Origin: Pecten maximus | Taxonomy: Eukaryota | Direction of reading: 5' to 3' | Length of the DNA: 64,000 nucleotides | Assembly (NCBI RefSeq): GCF_902652985.1 | Contig: NC_047029.1 | Span: 27,032,001 to 27,096,000 of the forward strand | Shown: piece after piece, positions 1 to 13,571 of the stretch | Numbering within the stretch: position 1 is the stretch's first letter | Layout: every line of letters begins with the position of its first letter | Position numbers and translations under genes: made by a program | The notes under the pieces: generated by a model | The model's input: the letters and a program-made list of their open reading frames with translations, nothing else | Told to the model about the DNA's origin: nothing | The model's database searches: none

Positions 1-2548
1 AACATTGCAAATCGGGATCTAAGGTTTTGTTCTTTTGACTTTTAAAATCATATTGAATAACTTTTTTCTTTGACCTTTTATCATATGTGAAATATTTTTC
101 CCTATGGTCATTTATAAAATGATGTAAAATAACATTTTTTGTCCTTAGCATTTGTCATGAGAAGTATGAGTTTCTTTGGCCTTTAATTCGTTTATTACAT
201 CCCTGATCATGAAAAATAATTTCCCCCCTTTGGTATTTCTTAACAACTGCAGTTCAGTGTTGCTACTGGTAGCCTGGTAGGAATACTTTATCAAGGATGA
301 AGACTTGTTAAACATTGTGAATCAGTGATATACAACTGTTTACCTGTACTTAATGAGTTTGGGTGGAGGTGTCTACCTGAATGGTAGAAGAAAGGGTGGG
401 TAGATTTATCTTGTGTTTACAAAATTTCCATATCACTGTTGACTTAATCGTAGCTGCAATGTTTGCACTAGTGCAAAGGAAGTGTTGTATGACACACTAA
501 CTACTGGACACGAAAACTGATGATGAAAGCTTGAAAGTATACATCAGTCAGTCTAACTGACATATAAACACATCTGGCCTGGAAAAGCAGGAATACATGT
601 ACTAGCTTTATCACGAAATCCAAAATATACTGAAGCACTGATGTTAATTCTCTAGGTTCATCATAATGCATTATACTGTTCGTACATGCTTTAAATAGCT
701 AGATTAAACAAACTATACTGTGCTTGGACAGCATAGTTATAAGATAGCAAACATTTTTAGGCTTTAGATGTTGATGGTTATTTTACCACAATATTACACT
801 AACATTGACAGATTTGATTTAAATTCCGAAGTGTCAGGTATTATAAAAAAAAAAGCAAAACAAAAAAAAACACTCATACCTAACAATTTGTAAAATGAGG
901 TTTCTTTACACATATAAATATTGTAATTGTTGGAGATGTTTTGTATGTCTGACAGATGTATATGAAGACTGTGGTTTCAAACAAGGGGATTTAATATTAT
1001 GATAATAATGATAGAATTAAGTCTACCACTTTAGTACATGTATAAATACATGTGCACCTAGTTGTGGTCTATATGAAATATGATAATGTATGTATGTTAA
1101 ATATCAATATTTAAATCCATAATATGCATTGTCATTCCCTGTCATTTCTGTAGTTATCTAACAATTAACCTGACAATAAGACCATCCATATTTATGTGTG
1201 TTGACATGGCTCTCGGGGCTTATTTCAGGATGAGAAATTTTGAAAAAAAAAGAAAAAGAATTTAACATTATATGTGTAGGAAGAAAATTCCAGAATTCTG
1301 CTGGCTATATATGTCATTGGTTTAATACAGAGTACACTTATAGTCTGTACATTATGTATATAACGTAAGATCCCGGATCCTGGCATTATTTATAAAGTTC
1401 AGAAGGATTTTACTGGGTAACTTTACCCGCTATTTAAATACTGCTTTTATTTAGTTAAGGTAGGCATTTTCATTGTTATTATTGTTAACCAAAACATCCT
1501 GTTTAATCCTCATGGGGCTTTTGTGGCTACAAGGAAGTATTGAGTGTCAAGTTTGTTATCAGCAAAGGCAAAAAACGTCATGAACAGGTACATGTATATT
1601 GGATCTGTTGAGGTTCCCTATTGAGTGGTAAGGGCTGACCATCATTTTTGTCATACCGTATATCTGTATAAAGGTGTCTTTATTGTATTTTTTTTTTTGC
1701 ATCGGTGTTGGATTTCTTTACATTAATGCAGCTTTTAATGAAATGAAAGGTGTATATCAATCACAACAAACTAGAGACTTTTTTTTTTAATTGTGTCATT
1801 ATTGGTGAGCATGATTTACTGGTTTCGCCCAAACATTTCACTTCAGGACAGTTTGATAACTAAATTTTTCACCTATGAGGCTATATGGAAAAAACATTTT
1901 TAAGAAAGAGAGTGGTAAAATGCCACAAGCTAGTTAGATATATATATATAATGGTAACTTTGGTAAACAGTTGAAGTTTTATTAGAGGAAATATGGTCAA
2001 CTCTTTTTTGTTCTGCTTTCTCATGAAGTAAATGTTATTCAATGAAAATATTGTCCTCAAGGGTTTTTTTCATCGTTCTACTTTCAGTTTAAATATATAT
2101 AACACACTTGGTCATGCATGACTGAAATAACTGGAACATGATTCAATAGGAAGATATAGTAAATGTCCCAGTATTCTTAATCCGTGACAAAAATAAGAGT
2201 TGATCCTAATTACATTGCCAACAAAACTTGATCTACATTTAGTGACCTTTACCTTGATTAATGATAACATCGATATATATCACAGTTTTTTTTATTAAGA
2301 CTAAATAAGGCCAACTGTTATAAAATAATGGTTTCCTTATCATACTGTCTGTAGTGTCAGTCTACCTTCCTTGTAGGCTTTGTAGTTATAAGATATATAT
2401 ACCATATACCATATTTATCCAAAAATAAGCCATGCTTAGTAATAACTAAATAAGCCCATCCATGTTTGTTAGTGTAATAAAAAAAGATAACATATATACT
2501 GTTTTATTTTCCTACAATAAGTCCACCCATAACATTAAGGCAACCCTT

Positions 2549-2760
2549 TTTATGCCCCCGCCATGAAATGGGGGGGCATAGTGTTTCCCATATCAGACTG
2601 GACCGTCCTGTCTTAGACCGTCCCATACCTTCCGGTTGAGTCCTGATGCAATGTAACTAGATAATCTTAGGAACTTCTGATGCGATCCTCACAAAATTGT
2701 GTTTCTGTGTGTCAAGTGGCAACGGGGGCAATTAATAGTCTTACAGACATATCATGTAGT
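2549..2760 (+). mobile_element. degenerate HINE-like interspersed repeat (related copy 18496-18840)
   Basis: Shared ends TATGCCCcCGCCA..GGCATAtAGTGTT and GTCTTACAGAcAT. Confidence 0.45.
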
Positions 2761-5700
2761 TTATTTTTGTAGCTATTAAGATTTTCTACATCTCCCAATA
2801 TTTCTTAATCAGATTTGACCACACAGCACCACCCAAAAGAGAAATAAAAAAAACATTGGTTTAGAGGGCTGATCGAAGACTCAAAGAGACACCTAACATT
2901 TTATATAAATGTATAGATGAAGCAATTTTAAGGGATATATACATGTGTATATGTGCCCAATTAAAAATCTAGTTCACTGTTGCCTATATTTCATACTTAT
3001 AAACTATGATAGGTTTCATTTAAAGTCTCTGTTAAAATTTTACATAAAAGCTGGATTGAGGTACATGTACCTGATTAGTTTTAGAATTCTTCAGTTTTCC
3101 TCAGCCTGATACATGATGTTAAGTATTTCTAGGAAAGCTACAGAGAACTAGAACACCTATTACCTGATTTCTAGGATATATGCAAAGCATTGTAATACCT
3201 GTCTATCACCTGTACAGACTCAGGTGTCATAATTTTTAGTGACAGGTTTATTTAGCCCTGTATGTTAATTCATCATGGAATCTGTCTGAAGTAAGTAGTA
3301 CACCAAGAAACCTACTTTCTGTGACCTAATTATATAACACAGTTATGTAACAGTCAGTTGTCTCTCCTAGTTAAATGACAAAAATTGATTTTGTTTATCC
3401 TCTCTGATATAATGTTTAATCAAGTTATAATTAAATATTAGAAAATAGCTCATGGAATTATTGAGAAAGTCTAAAGGGAAATGTTCCTTTTCTTGTATAA
3501 CTATGGTCTTTCTAGTTTTCTTATTCATAATCTCCCCTGTAAATGGTTAAATTTGGAAGGAAATTTTGAGGAGGAAAATGAAATTTCAATTTTAAATAGG
3601 TTAATCATATATATAGCAAGCTGGCCATTATCAGCCTGGAAAGCTCTGGAATATATTTCACAAATTGTATTGTGATTCTACCGATTAATTATGTGAAAAT
3701 AGAAAATAATTCATAGTTCCATCATTGTCATAGCAAAGTAATGATTTGATACATCAATATCTTGTGCTAACCTCGCAGGACTGCTATACACAGAGAAGCT
3801 GATCCGATTGTACTTGTTGATTCAGCTGTGACCAAGAATTGGAGAAAATCAAGTGTATAGTAAAACAAGTGATGTGCTTAATCTACTAACTGGCACCTGT
3901 GTCAGAATGGACAAACAGGAAACACCTGTCTCTCTATACTGGCATCCTAGGGATTTCAACATGTTATCATTATATAATGTTGGTATAGCACTCAATTACC
4001 ATAATCATTGCAATAATCACCCCAGATACTCATATTGAAAGGTCATGGCTGTTGTATAGAGTCAAACTCCATTCATCCATTATTCCATCTTTAAATCTGT
4101 TTAACCTTTCTCACAATTCGGCCCTACAGCCCCCTACCCCCACCCTTCCAAACTCTTACTTTTTTCTGCTACCATAATTCACCTTCTATCTCCTATACTT
4201 CTTCCATTTCTATGTCCATTTTCACCATTCCTGGCTTCCCCACCATCAAACATTACCTTATCTCGGTTCCTAACCCACCCAACCCCCAGCCTTCTCAAAA
4301 ATATTTAGATAATTATGCAAGAATTCCTTATATTTGTGTATCTAACTCCAGCTAAACAAACAGATTCTGTTAATCTTCTTACCAGAATGTGTCCCACAGT
4401 GGTTTTATTTGTATGTTTTATCCTGCAACAAGCCCAGGGGACCAAGCTTAATCTCTGATTCAAAGTGAATGGTCACAGGATGGCTGAACAGTTAAATAGC
4501 ATTTGTCAGTAATTCTAGCTGAACTTCAACAGATATGGATGGGCTGTTATAGAGTTATCATTAGATAAATACCATACTGATACACACAAGTTAGAAATGA
4601 TTTATAATCTTTCCTCTATTATTACCATATTTAAATTATAAGCACACTGTGCACTTGAAAAAAAAGAGATTAGATTAATACAGCTACCTAAAGGGAAAAA
4701 AACTCTTCCAAAATAAAAAAAGAATTAAAGTTTTTCTCACTGCAGTTATCATATGATTTTCTTTCTGATGTGAAATTCTACTATAAATTTCACATCTGAA
4801 TTCCTGACATTTGTTAAGTTTAAATTAGGCTTTATATCTTCTTAATTGATTTGCTACATTTATTTTTGTGTATTAAATGGTACGTGCAGTCTGCCTAGAA
4901 GTGATTTATTGTTCCTGTAGACGTGACATGTGTCTATACATGGCTTATAATAAACACAATAGCCCTGAAGCATTGTCTATAATGTATATTAATGTCCGTG
5001 AGTTAAGGCCATACGAGAATCATTAATAATGCAATTCAGCTGTTTGGCAGGTAAGAATATTGCAATAAGCAAATGTTGACATACATTGGTTTCTATGGTA
5101 ACCATATCTGACCCTTCTAGTGACCCATTGAGATTAGATGTCAGTGTTATAACCCCAGTGGGAGAATCAATGTATTGATTGCTATCAGCAATTATTGGGA
5201 AATACATAGAAATGATGATAATCAATTACATGAATTACAACAATAATCAAACCCGGACATGTGCGATTAGAATATTGTTAAACAACCTTCACAGTATGTT
5301 TCTGGGGCTGGTTTTCTGCGACCACATGTACAGTAGTCTATGTTTTTCAATAAATACAATTGCCTATAACACAATACACTTACATCTAGAGAGATGTTTT
5401 AAGGAGAATACTATTAAATAGTTTAAAATAAAAACGTAAAAACAGGTCATACAGTTGTCTGAGAAGTTCTGTTGATCAGGATTTACATTTGATTTCGATT
5501 TTGGCCAGCTACAGTTAGAATATTAAATCCTTCATGTAAATATGAAAAAGAAACCTGTGTATGTGTTGATATATTTAGCCACTGTTTTCTTTCTTTAATA
5601 TTAAATGGTCAAACACAGATAACGTTTTATGCAAACATCCACTCATTCCTCACACTGAGACACAATAAAATTCATTTGATGCCTACAGATGGAAATGGAA

Positions 5701-6512
5701 AATGATTCAAACACAGGGGCTATATAGTTATAGACATGTTACTGTAATAAAAGTTTGGAAATATCCTGTACTAAGGTTGTATCCTTCATAGGTTACATTT
5801 TTCCAGTCCCCTGTGCAGAATCAAAGGATTCAAATCATATAATGATGATAATACGACCACATTTATCTCAATAAAAATAGCTTTGTAAAAATCCAATGAA
5901 GATTCATGGTTTAGTGCAGAGCTAATATTGGTATGATACTATATCCTACAAGACATATTCAAACTTTTCCCCCAGTCAAGATGGATAAATCAATACAAAT
6001 GAAATATGTTGACATTTTATAGACAAATATGGTCATTTTCCGTTCCAATGACTTCGTTTGTTCGGATGATCCATAGTTTGGATCAAATATCATGTTGTTT
6101 TCTTTTGCAAGATAAGGCTTTCATTTAATAGCAGCCATTCCTTAGAGATTACAGGCTAGCTTATTCTGCAGACCAGCCATTACGTATAGTGTCAAACTTG
6201 AATGCTAGACGGTTTCTATAAAAAATAAGAAGAAATAAAGCCACAATGCTTAATCAATGTAAGAACAAATGATTTCAGTAGATATTTTGAATAAATTTCA
6301 TCATTTTAAATTTTCCAACATGTATTCATATAAGACTAGAAACCAAGCCATTTAGAGCAGATTTCTAGGAAATGACATATTTGCAATAGCAAATCTTCAG
6401 TTTAGATTTTTTAAGACAGAATTTTTTTAGAACATTATATACACAGAACATGTAAGACAGATCTGTCATTTCCTGTACAAGTGTTACTCTCGTTTTAAGA
6501 ATTCTTTTCCAG

Positions 6513-6886
6513 TTGACGTCCCTATTGATTTTGTCGTGGGGTTGCCTCGGCGGTGGGTCTATGCGTTCTATGAAGCCAATGAGGAGTGATACCACGTCTG
6601 TTGGGAAAATCAATGTGCCTCACTAACGGGCTGTAGCAGGGACAGTTATTAATCTTACTGATTTACACATGCTGGATTTAGCTGAATAACCATTCTAATG
6701 CCGTAATATTGACACCTTAAGGGTTTTTGCTAGTGTCGGCAGTTTTGAACTCTTGTTGTTCTTTGTCACCATATTGTCTCTCTGAATATTCATCCTGTTC
6801 CGACCATTTATATTGTCCGTCGGAGTGTTAATTGATCCGGATAGTATTGGATTGTTTACCTTAGGGATAAGTGGCCCTCATTCTAT
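6513..6886 (+). promoter_or_regulatory. candidate ACLY promoter / 5' UTR exon
   Basis: Locally CpG-rich; TGACGT, AGCCAATGA and SRE-like words; ends at donor |gtaagt 6887. Coding exon 1 has an acceptor at 8933, so an upstream exon is needed. Confidence 0.4.
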
Positions 6887-8943
6887 GTAAGTATTTTATA
6901 TAAAGTGTTAATTAATTTTCAGACAACTAATTAATTTGATAATAGCTTAATGATTCTCACACAGGGCTTTTCCCCAGTTTTTTTAATGGGGTCTAGATCT
7001 TATTGTCTCATTTTCAAGAGAAAGTTGTTGAATTGGGAAGAAAATGTGAAGGAATAATTTGTAAATTTTTGGAATTTTTCTTAGTTTTAAAAATAATTAA
7101 ATAGGGAATGAGGCTGATTATCAGAGCAAAGAAGTTTAATCAGAAAAAGACCTAGCTGTTATAAATGGTAATTGATGGGTTTTTTGGGGGGGGTTTTCAT
7201 ATAAAAATGCAACTTAATTGTATAAAATCATATTTAATGCATGTTTATACAGTTCCAGAGCACAATTCTTTTTATAGAAATATGTTTGTAATTCTTGTTA
7301 TGATTCATGCATCACTAAGAAGTCAATTTGGACAAGATTTATTTCTCTTAACAAATGCTTAGCATTCAATGTAAAACACATTAAGTATACAGATACATGT
7401 AGTATTGTTGGGTACTAGTATTTTGGTAACCATTATCTTAGTTTTCATATACACGGGTAGTTTGAATTCCTCATTTCTGCAAGTCCAGGGAAAGAAAATG
7501 TCTGCTCTATCCAAATGGGCAAATGCAGAATCATGATGATTTTGTTGGTCTTCTGGTTGAAGACCTCAAAGGAACTGAAACAGATCTGTTGTCACAATAT
7601 TTGGTGATGGTTTCTTTTCAGTATCTCTCATGATCACCAACTCATGTATCTCTTCTTGGTGCCATATTGCTTAAGACATGTAACCCTAGGCTTTATGACT
7701 GAATTTATTGTTATGGAAACCAAGTTTTACAAATATGTATTCCGACATTAACAAACAGGTTGAAATGAAATCTTGATAACAAATCTGACATTGAATTAGT
7801 GATAACACATATGGAAGTGCAAGTTAAATCTTGAGCTGCTGTTGTGAGTTGTAACCTTGATGTTGATCTTGAACTAAACAACTGATAATGTTGGTAAAGT
7901 ACCTTAATTAACTGACTGCAATTGCTCCAACCAGCAAATGTGGTAATTGTAAAAGTGCTGTTGAAATGTTAACATTGAATGGCTGATTTTACATTGTACA
8001 CTTAAATGACCTTGTATGGCCTTGATCAGGAAGCTATCATCAGATGTACACTTGAATGACCTTGTATGGCCCTGATCAGGAAGCTATCATCTGTTTGATT
8101 AAGATAAAACTGGAATTTATCGTAAGTACATAAGCACTCAGTTTATGAGGTGATGTTAAGTTTAAATTTACACTATATATATGACGATATAAAACAGCTT
8201 TGAGACCTTGGGGTGTGATGCTTGTTGATACCAAATTTCACTATCGGCTGGTATATTTATAAACTTAAGCTGGTGTAGATGTACTTTAATGGCATTGTGT
8301 ACTGTTACAGTTGAAACATGAAAAACCTTAATTTTTTATGTCCTTGCCATGAAGTAGACGGAACTGTAGGTGTTACTGTCCAAAATCTTGGTTCAGAATA
8401 ATTTTCAATGGTGTACAATTTATTTACTGTACTTGTTAACTTTTTTTCAAGTTGAAGGAAAAAAGAAAATATTTAAAATGAACTACAGGTGTATTTATTC
8501 TGATGTAAAACTTCCATTAATTCTTCTTCAAAATTGAAAAACACTGAACAATTGAATTTACAAGCAGATCGCTGGAGATTGATAACAATATATAAGTTTT
8601 TGATCAATTTGTCACATTAAGAAACAAGATCTCTATACTGCATCCAACAGTAGGGTTGTAATGTATAACTACCCAGAGTTCATTTTCTCAGGGACAACAG
8701 AATGTAGCCCAGTTAGGTAGACTTTGTTAATATACTTCAAAGGTGTACTGATTTATTTGAGATTAAAAAAAATCATTTTTAAGATTTATAGTTATTATGT
8801 TGAATCATGTATCTGACTTTCCCTCCCATACTTAAAGACAAAGTTTATTTGTTGAACCCGACCCTGAACTTATTATAGGATATATAGGGCACAGAAATAT
8901 ATGCTTACTTCTTTTATTCTCTCTTGACAACAGTTGATGAAGG

Positions 8944-9093
8944 ATGTCTGCCAAAGCTATTTATGAAGCCAAAGGCAAAGAACTTCTCAACAAGTTCCTG
9001 AAGGACACCGCTGTTGGAAACCGTGTTGCCACGGTGACGGAGGATGTCACATGGAGCACCCTGGCTCAGGAACATCCCTGGCTGTTGACTGAG
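8944..9093 (+). CDS. ACLY: ACLY coding exon 1 (MSAKAIYEAKGKELL...HPWLLTE)
   Basis: Acceptor cag 8931-8933 upstream of the ATG; donor GAG|gtgagc. Confidence 0.95.
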
Positions 9094-9346
9094 GTGAGCC
9101 GACTTTTTTGCCGCATAATTCTTTCTCCTAAGCCAAATTTGAAATTGAAAGGGTACTGCTATGGATATAAAAATCTCTTCATTCTTGTCATGATCAAAGG
9201 CTTGCCGTGTGCCATTTTTGTTGGTTTTAGACCAAACAAAAATGACCAATTGCTGGGCTGAAACATGCCCTTTAGAGATTTCAAACACCATGTTTTCACA
9301 AAAATGCTTTCATTTAATTAATGTTGTGTCCTTCTTTATTTTACAG

Positions 9347-9469
9347 AAACTTGTAGTAAAACCAGACCAGCTGATTAAACGGCGTGGGAAGCTGGGATTA
9401 ATTAAAGCTGGAACTGACCTAGAGGGTGCCAAGGAGTGGCTGAGTCACAAGCTAGGCAAAGATTTCCAG
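9347..9469 (+). CDS. ACLY: ACLY exon 2 ([15 protein letters not shown]...KDFQ)
   Basis: ttacag| acceptor, CAG|gtaaat donor, 123 nt. Confidence 0.95.
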
Positions 9470-9649
9470 GTAAATAACTTCTATATTTGTCTGACAATAA
9501 ATCTGTCCATGTCTGAAAATAAGCCCTTATCTGGGAATAAACCATAGTCTGATAAAAACCATTCAATCTCTGGCAATGAGCCCTTGCCTGGTAATAGAGC
9601 AGGCTATGTCTGATAATAGGCCTGTGTCAAGTAATGAGCAAACCCATGT

Positions 9650-10085
9650 CTGACAATTGCAATAAGCCCTTGTTCGGTAATAAGCCCGTCTTTATCTGGC
9701 AATAAGCCCTTGTCTGGTAATAAGCCCATCTTTATCTGGCAATAAGCCCTTGTCTGGTAATAAGTCTGTCTTTATCTGGCAATAAGCCCTTGTCTGGTAA
9801 TAAGTCTGTCTTTATCTGGCAATAAGCCCTTGTCTGGTAATAAGTCTATCTTTATCTGGCAATAAGCCCTTGTCTGGTAATAAGCCCATCTTTATCTGGC
9901 AATAAGCCCTTGTCTGGTAATAAGCCCATCTTTATCTGGCAATAAGCCCTTGTCTGGTAATAAGCCCATCTTTATCTGGCAATAAGCCCTTGTCTGGTAC
10001 TAGGCCAGGCTATGTCTGATAATAAGCCTGTATCAAGTAATGAGCAAGTCCATGAGCGACAATAAGCCCTTGCCTGGTAGTAAGT
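9650..10085. repeat. 40-bp (18+22) minisatellite CTGG(C/T)AATAAGCCC..
   Basis: Direct tandem periodicity. Confidence 0.9.
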
Positions 10086-10479
10086 CTGTATAAACTATAG
10101 CAGCTCAGTAAAATTGCTGACAAATGCATCTTTTAAATAATTTTAATATAGTGGCCTCTAGACTAATTAAAGATTAATACAGTATATGACTGTGAGAGAA
10201 ATATAGTTGTTTTCCTGATAAGGTTTGATGTGATTTTAAGTTCTGTGCTACTTTTAGATCCATTGATCGGACCAACGAAGTCATTCCCAGAACCCCACAA
10301 TCATTGTGATATACATGGCAGCCAAACACTGCTTCTCTAAGCATTGGAATTGCGGGAACTGAGATTTAGTAATTACCTAGTATTGAAAAAGGTCCACTGA
10401 CCAGATTGATCTTGATTGACTAAATAATCAGTACAGTATGGGGTATATATATATATATCAATGTATCTATCAAGGTTTA

Positions 10480-11910
10480 CGGTAAACCTCCGATTAATTC
10501 GAACACGCGGATAGTTCGAACACACATTTTTTTCTAGAAAAACAGTAATTTTTTAGCTAGTAATAGTTCGAACTCTGACTGTTTATAACTGACACCATTT
10601 CGGATAGTTCGAACTCGTCAAATCAGAGACCTATATACTAATATAGGTCTCTGGTCAAATGAAGAACGTAAAGTAAGGTTTTTTTTATCGGCAAACTCAA
10701 TTGAAAGCTCGCGACGACCCAGCCCCGATGACCGGCCCAGAAAAAATGCCAAGATTTAAATTTGATCAACAAGCACGTTTAGGTTATAAGATTGTATGCG
10801 TGATCATTAGAATGCGTCTGTGATTTAATATTTGCCACATATTTTAGCTTTAATTCAGTTTTTGTTACATTGCAAAATACACCACGCACGAGACAGCTGA
10901 TTGCAAAATTTAGGCCCCGACAATGTATAAATAACATGCGATATTTGTATTTGTGCTGTGTATGGCAAACTAAGAAATCGTCCGTGTATTTTCACATATA
11001 ACTAGTGTTAACTTAGCATTATGATTATTTAATTGTGACTGGACAATCTCTTAAGTATTGCCAATCAAGGTAGATCTATTACCTGAAAACCTGCGACTTC
11101 ACGCTAGGTAAGCAGGCCACGCGAGGTGTCGCTTGCGGTAAAGTTGAAAGGATCGGCTGCCCGATCGTGCTGAGTGACGTGAAGAGCATTCATATCCAGT
11201 CAAAACAATCCACAGGTGTCCCAATCAGTGATGGATAATTTTGCAGGTATCAACTATGTTTTGTAGATAACACGACTGGGCATATTTAAAAGCAGACATG
11301 TTGATGTTCTGACCTAATTTTACCAACACATATCGCCTATTTTTACAGTAGTGCTTTCGTAAACGCAACAGGTTATGAAGACTGCTTTTGATGTATTTAA
11401 GCAGAGACATATATATATGTATATATGTCTCTGATTTAAGAGACCATTTATTACAATAATAAAGTGATAGTTTCTCATTCAGATAAAAAATATAATCATG
11501 CAAAGATTATACTGTACAAATGTTTAACTTTTGTGTCACAAATGAAACGTGTACTGTACTGTTTTGGGGCCTACTGTAGCTACGCATTGCCCGATCCGCG
11601 AGCGGCTTCGTGCAAAAACCATCATAATTATCGCGAAATGAAGAACGTTTAACGATCAATTAATATTGAATTAAATGAAAAACTATCATTTTACCTACTT
11701 ATAAATGTGCCATTGTTCAGGCCGCCGTTGTTAGTATCAGATTTACGATGGATGTGTTTGTGTCTAATGATTTTACTCTGTCGAGATTTTCGCCGATATT
11801 GTCTCGAATAGTTCGAACTCACGCATAATTTCTGAAGTATAATTTCGAATAATTCGAACAGGTTCGTCAATATTTATTTAATTTTGTTCGAACTAACCGG
11901 AGGTTTACCG
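10480..11910. mobile_element. non-autonomous Tc1/mariner-pogo-type DNA transposon, 1431 bp
   Basis: TA|CGGTAAACCTCCG..TTCGAAC ... GTTCGAA..CGGAGGTTTACCG|TA TIRs with TA target duplication; subterminal AGTTCGAAC repeats; CpG-richer than flanks; no transposase ORF. Confidence 0.85.
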
Positions 11911-12210
11911 TATATGCTGGTCTACTGGGTCTATTACAGGGTATTTACGGTATGGTCATAGTTCCCAGTAGAAGTCCTGATTTATAGGTCCAGGAACCTT
12001 AGATAAGATAGAACTGAAAGTTGTAACAGGTCTGTCATCAACAGAGTAGATTAAGCATTATGGGATGGGTGTAGGTAATTTGGCTTAGTTATAGGACTTG
12101 AGTTTTATTCATTGGCAGTAACATGTTTTTCCAATGATATACCATCATTTGTGATATTGAGTGGGAGATTTATTTTTGAAAAAAAAAAGTGTAGTGTGAA
12201 AGAACCAAAC

Positions 12211-13571
12211 CCCATCTCCACACAGGATCCTCATTTCTGTACCAAACCCACCCCAACCATCCCATCTCCACACAGGATCCTCATTTCTGTACCAAACCCA
12301 CCCCAACCATCCCCATCTCCACACAGGATCCTCATTTCTGTACCAAACCCACCCCAACCGTCCCAATCTCCACACATGATCCTCATTTCTGTACCAAACC
12401 CACCCCAACCGTCCCCATCTCCACACAGGATCCTCATTTCTGTACCAAACCCACCCCAACCATCCCCATCTCCACACAGGATCCTCATTTCTGTACCAAA
12501 CCCACCCCAACCATCCCATCTCCACACAGGATCCTCATTTCTGTACCAAACCCACCCCAACCATCCCCATCTCCACACAGGATCCTCATTTCTGTACCAA
12601 ACCCACCCCAACCGTCCCAATCTCCACACATGATCCTCATTTCTGTACCAAACCCACCCCAACCGTCCCCATCTCCACACAGGATCCTCATTTCTGTACC
12701 AAACCCACTCCAACCGTCCCCATCTCCACACATGATCCTCATTTCTGTACCAAACCCACCTGAACCATCCCCATCTCCACACAGGATCCTCATTTCTGTA
12801 CCAAACCCACCCCAACCGTCCCCATCTCCACACAGGATCCTCATTTCTGTACCAAACCCACTCCAACCATCCCCATCTCCACACATGGTCCTCATTTCTG
12901 TACCAAACCAACCTCAACTGTCCCCATCTCCACACAGGATCCTCATTTCTGTACTAAACCCACCCCAACCGTCCCCATCTCCACACATGGTCCTCATTTC
13001 TGTACCAAACCAACCTCAACTGTCCCCATCTCCACACAGGATCCTCATTTCTGTACCAAACCCACCCCAACCATCCCCATCTCCACACATGATCCTCATT
13101 TCTATACCAAACCCACCACAAACATCTCCATCTCCACACATGATCCTCATTTCTGTACCAAACCCACTCCAACCATCCCCATCTCCACACATGGTCCTCA
13201 TTTCTGTACCAAACCCACCCCAACCATCCCCATCTCCACACAGGATCCTCATTTCTGTACCAAACCCACCCCAACCATCCCCATCTCCACACATGATCCT
13301 CATTTCTGTACCAAACCCACCCCAACCATCCCCGTCTCCACACAGGATCCTCATTTCTGTACCATACCCACCCCAACCGTCCCCATCTCCACACAGGATC
13401 CTCATTTCTGTACCAAACCCACCCCAACCATCCCCATCTCCACACATGGTCCTCATTTCTGTACCAAACCCACCCCAACCATCCGCATCTCCACACATGA
13501 TCCTCATTTCTGTACCAAACCCACCCCAACCGTCCCCATCTCCACACAGGATCCTCATTTCTGTACCAAAC
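12211..13571. repeat. 51-bp C-rich minisatellite, about 27 copies
   Basis: Unit CCCCATCTCCACACAGGATCCTCATTTCTGTACCAAACCCACCCCAACCAT. Confidence 0.95.

Noticed and set aside
1-6400. Short ORFs in the 5' region
   Set aside because: AT-rich, no recognisable homology or exon chain; probably ACLY 5' intron or intergenic DNA.
9465-9560. Exon 2 donor as the seed of the CTGGTAATAAG array
   Set aside because: Similarity to CCAG|GTAAATAA is too short, and the same repeat occurs at 15 kb, so it was not counted as junction-seeded.
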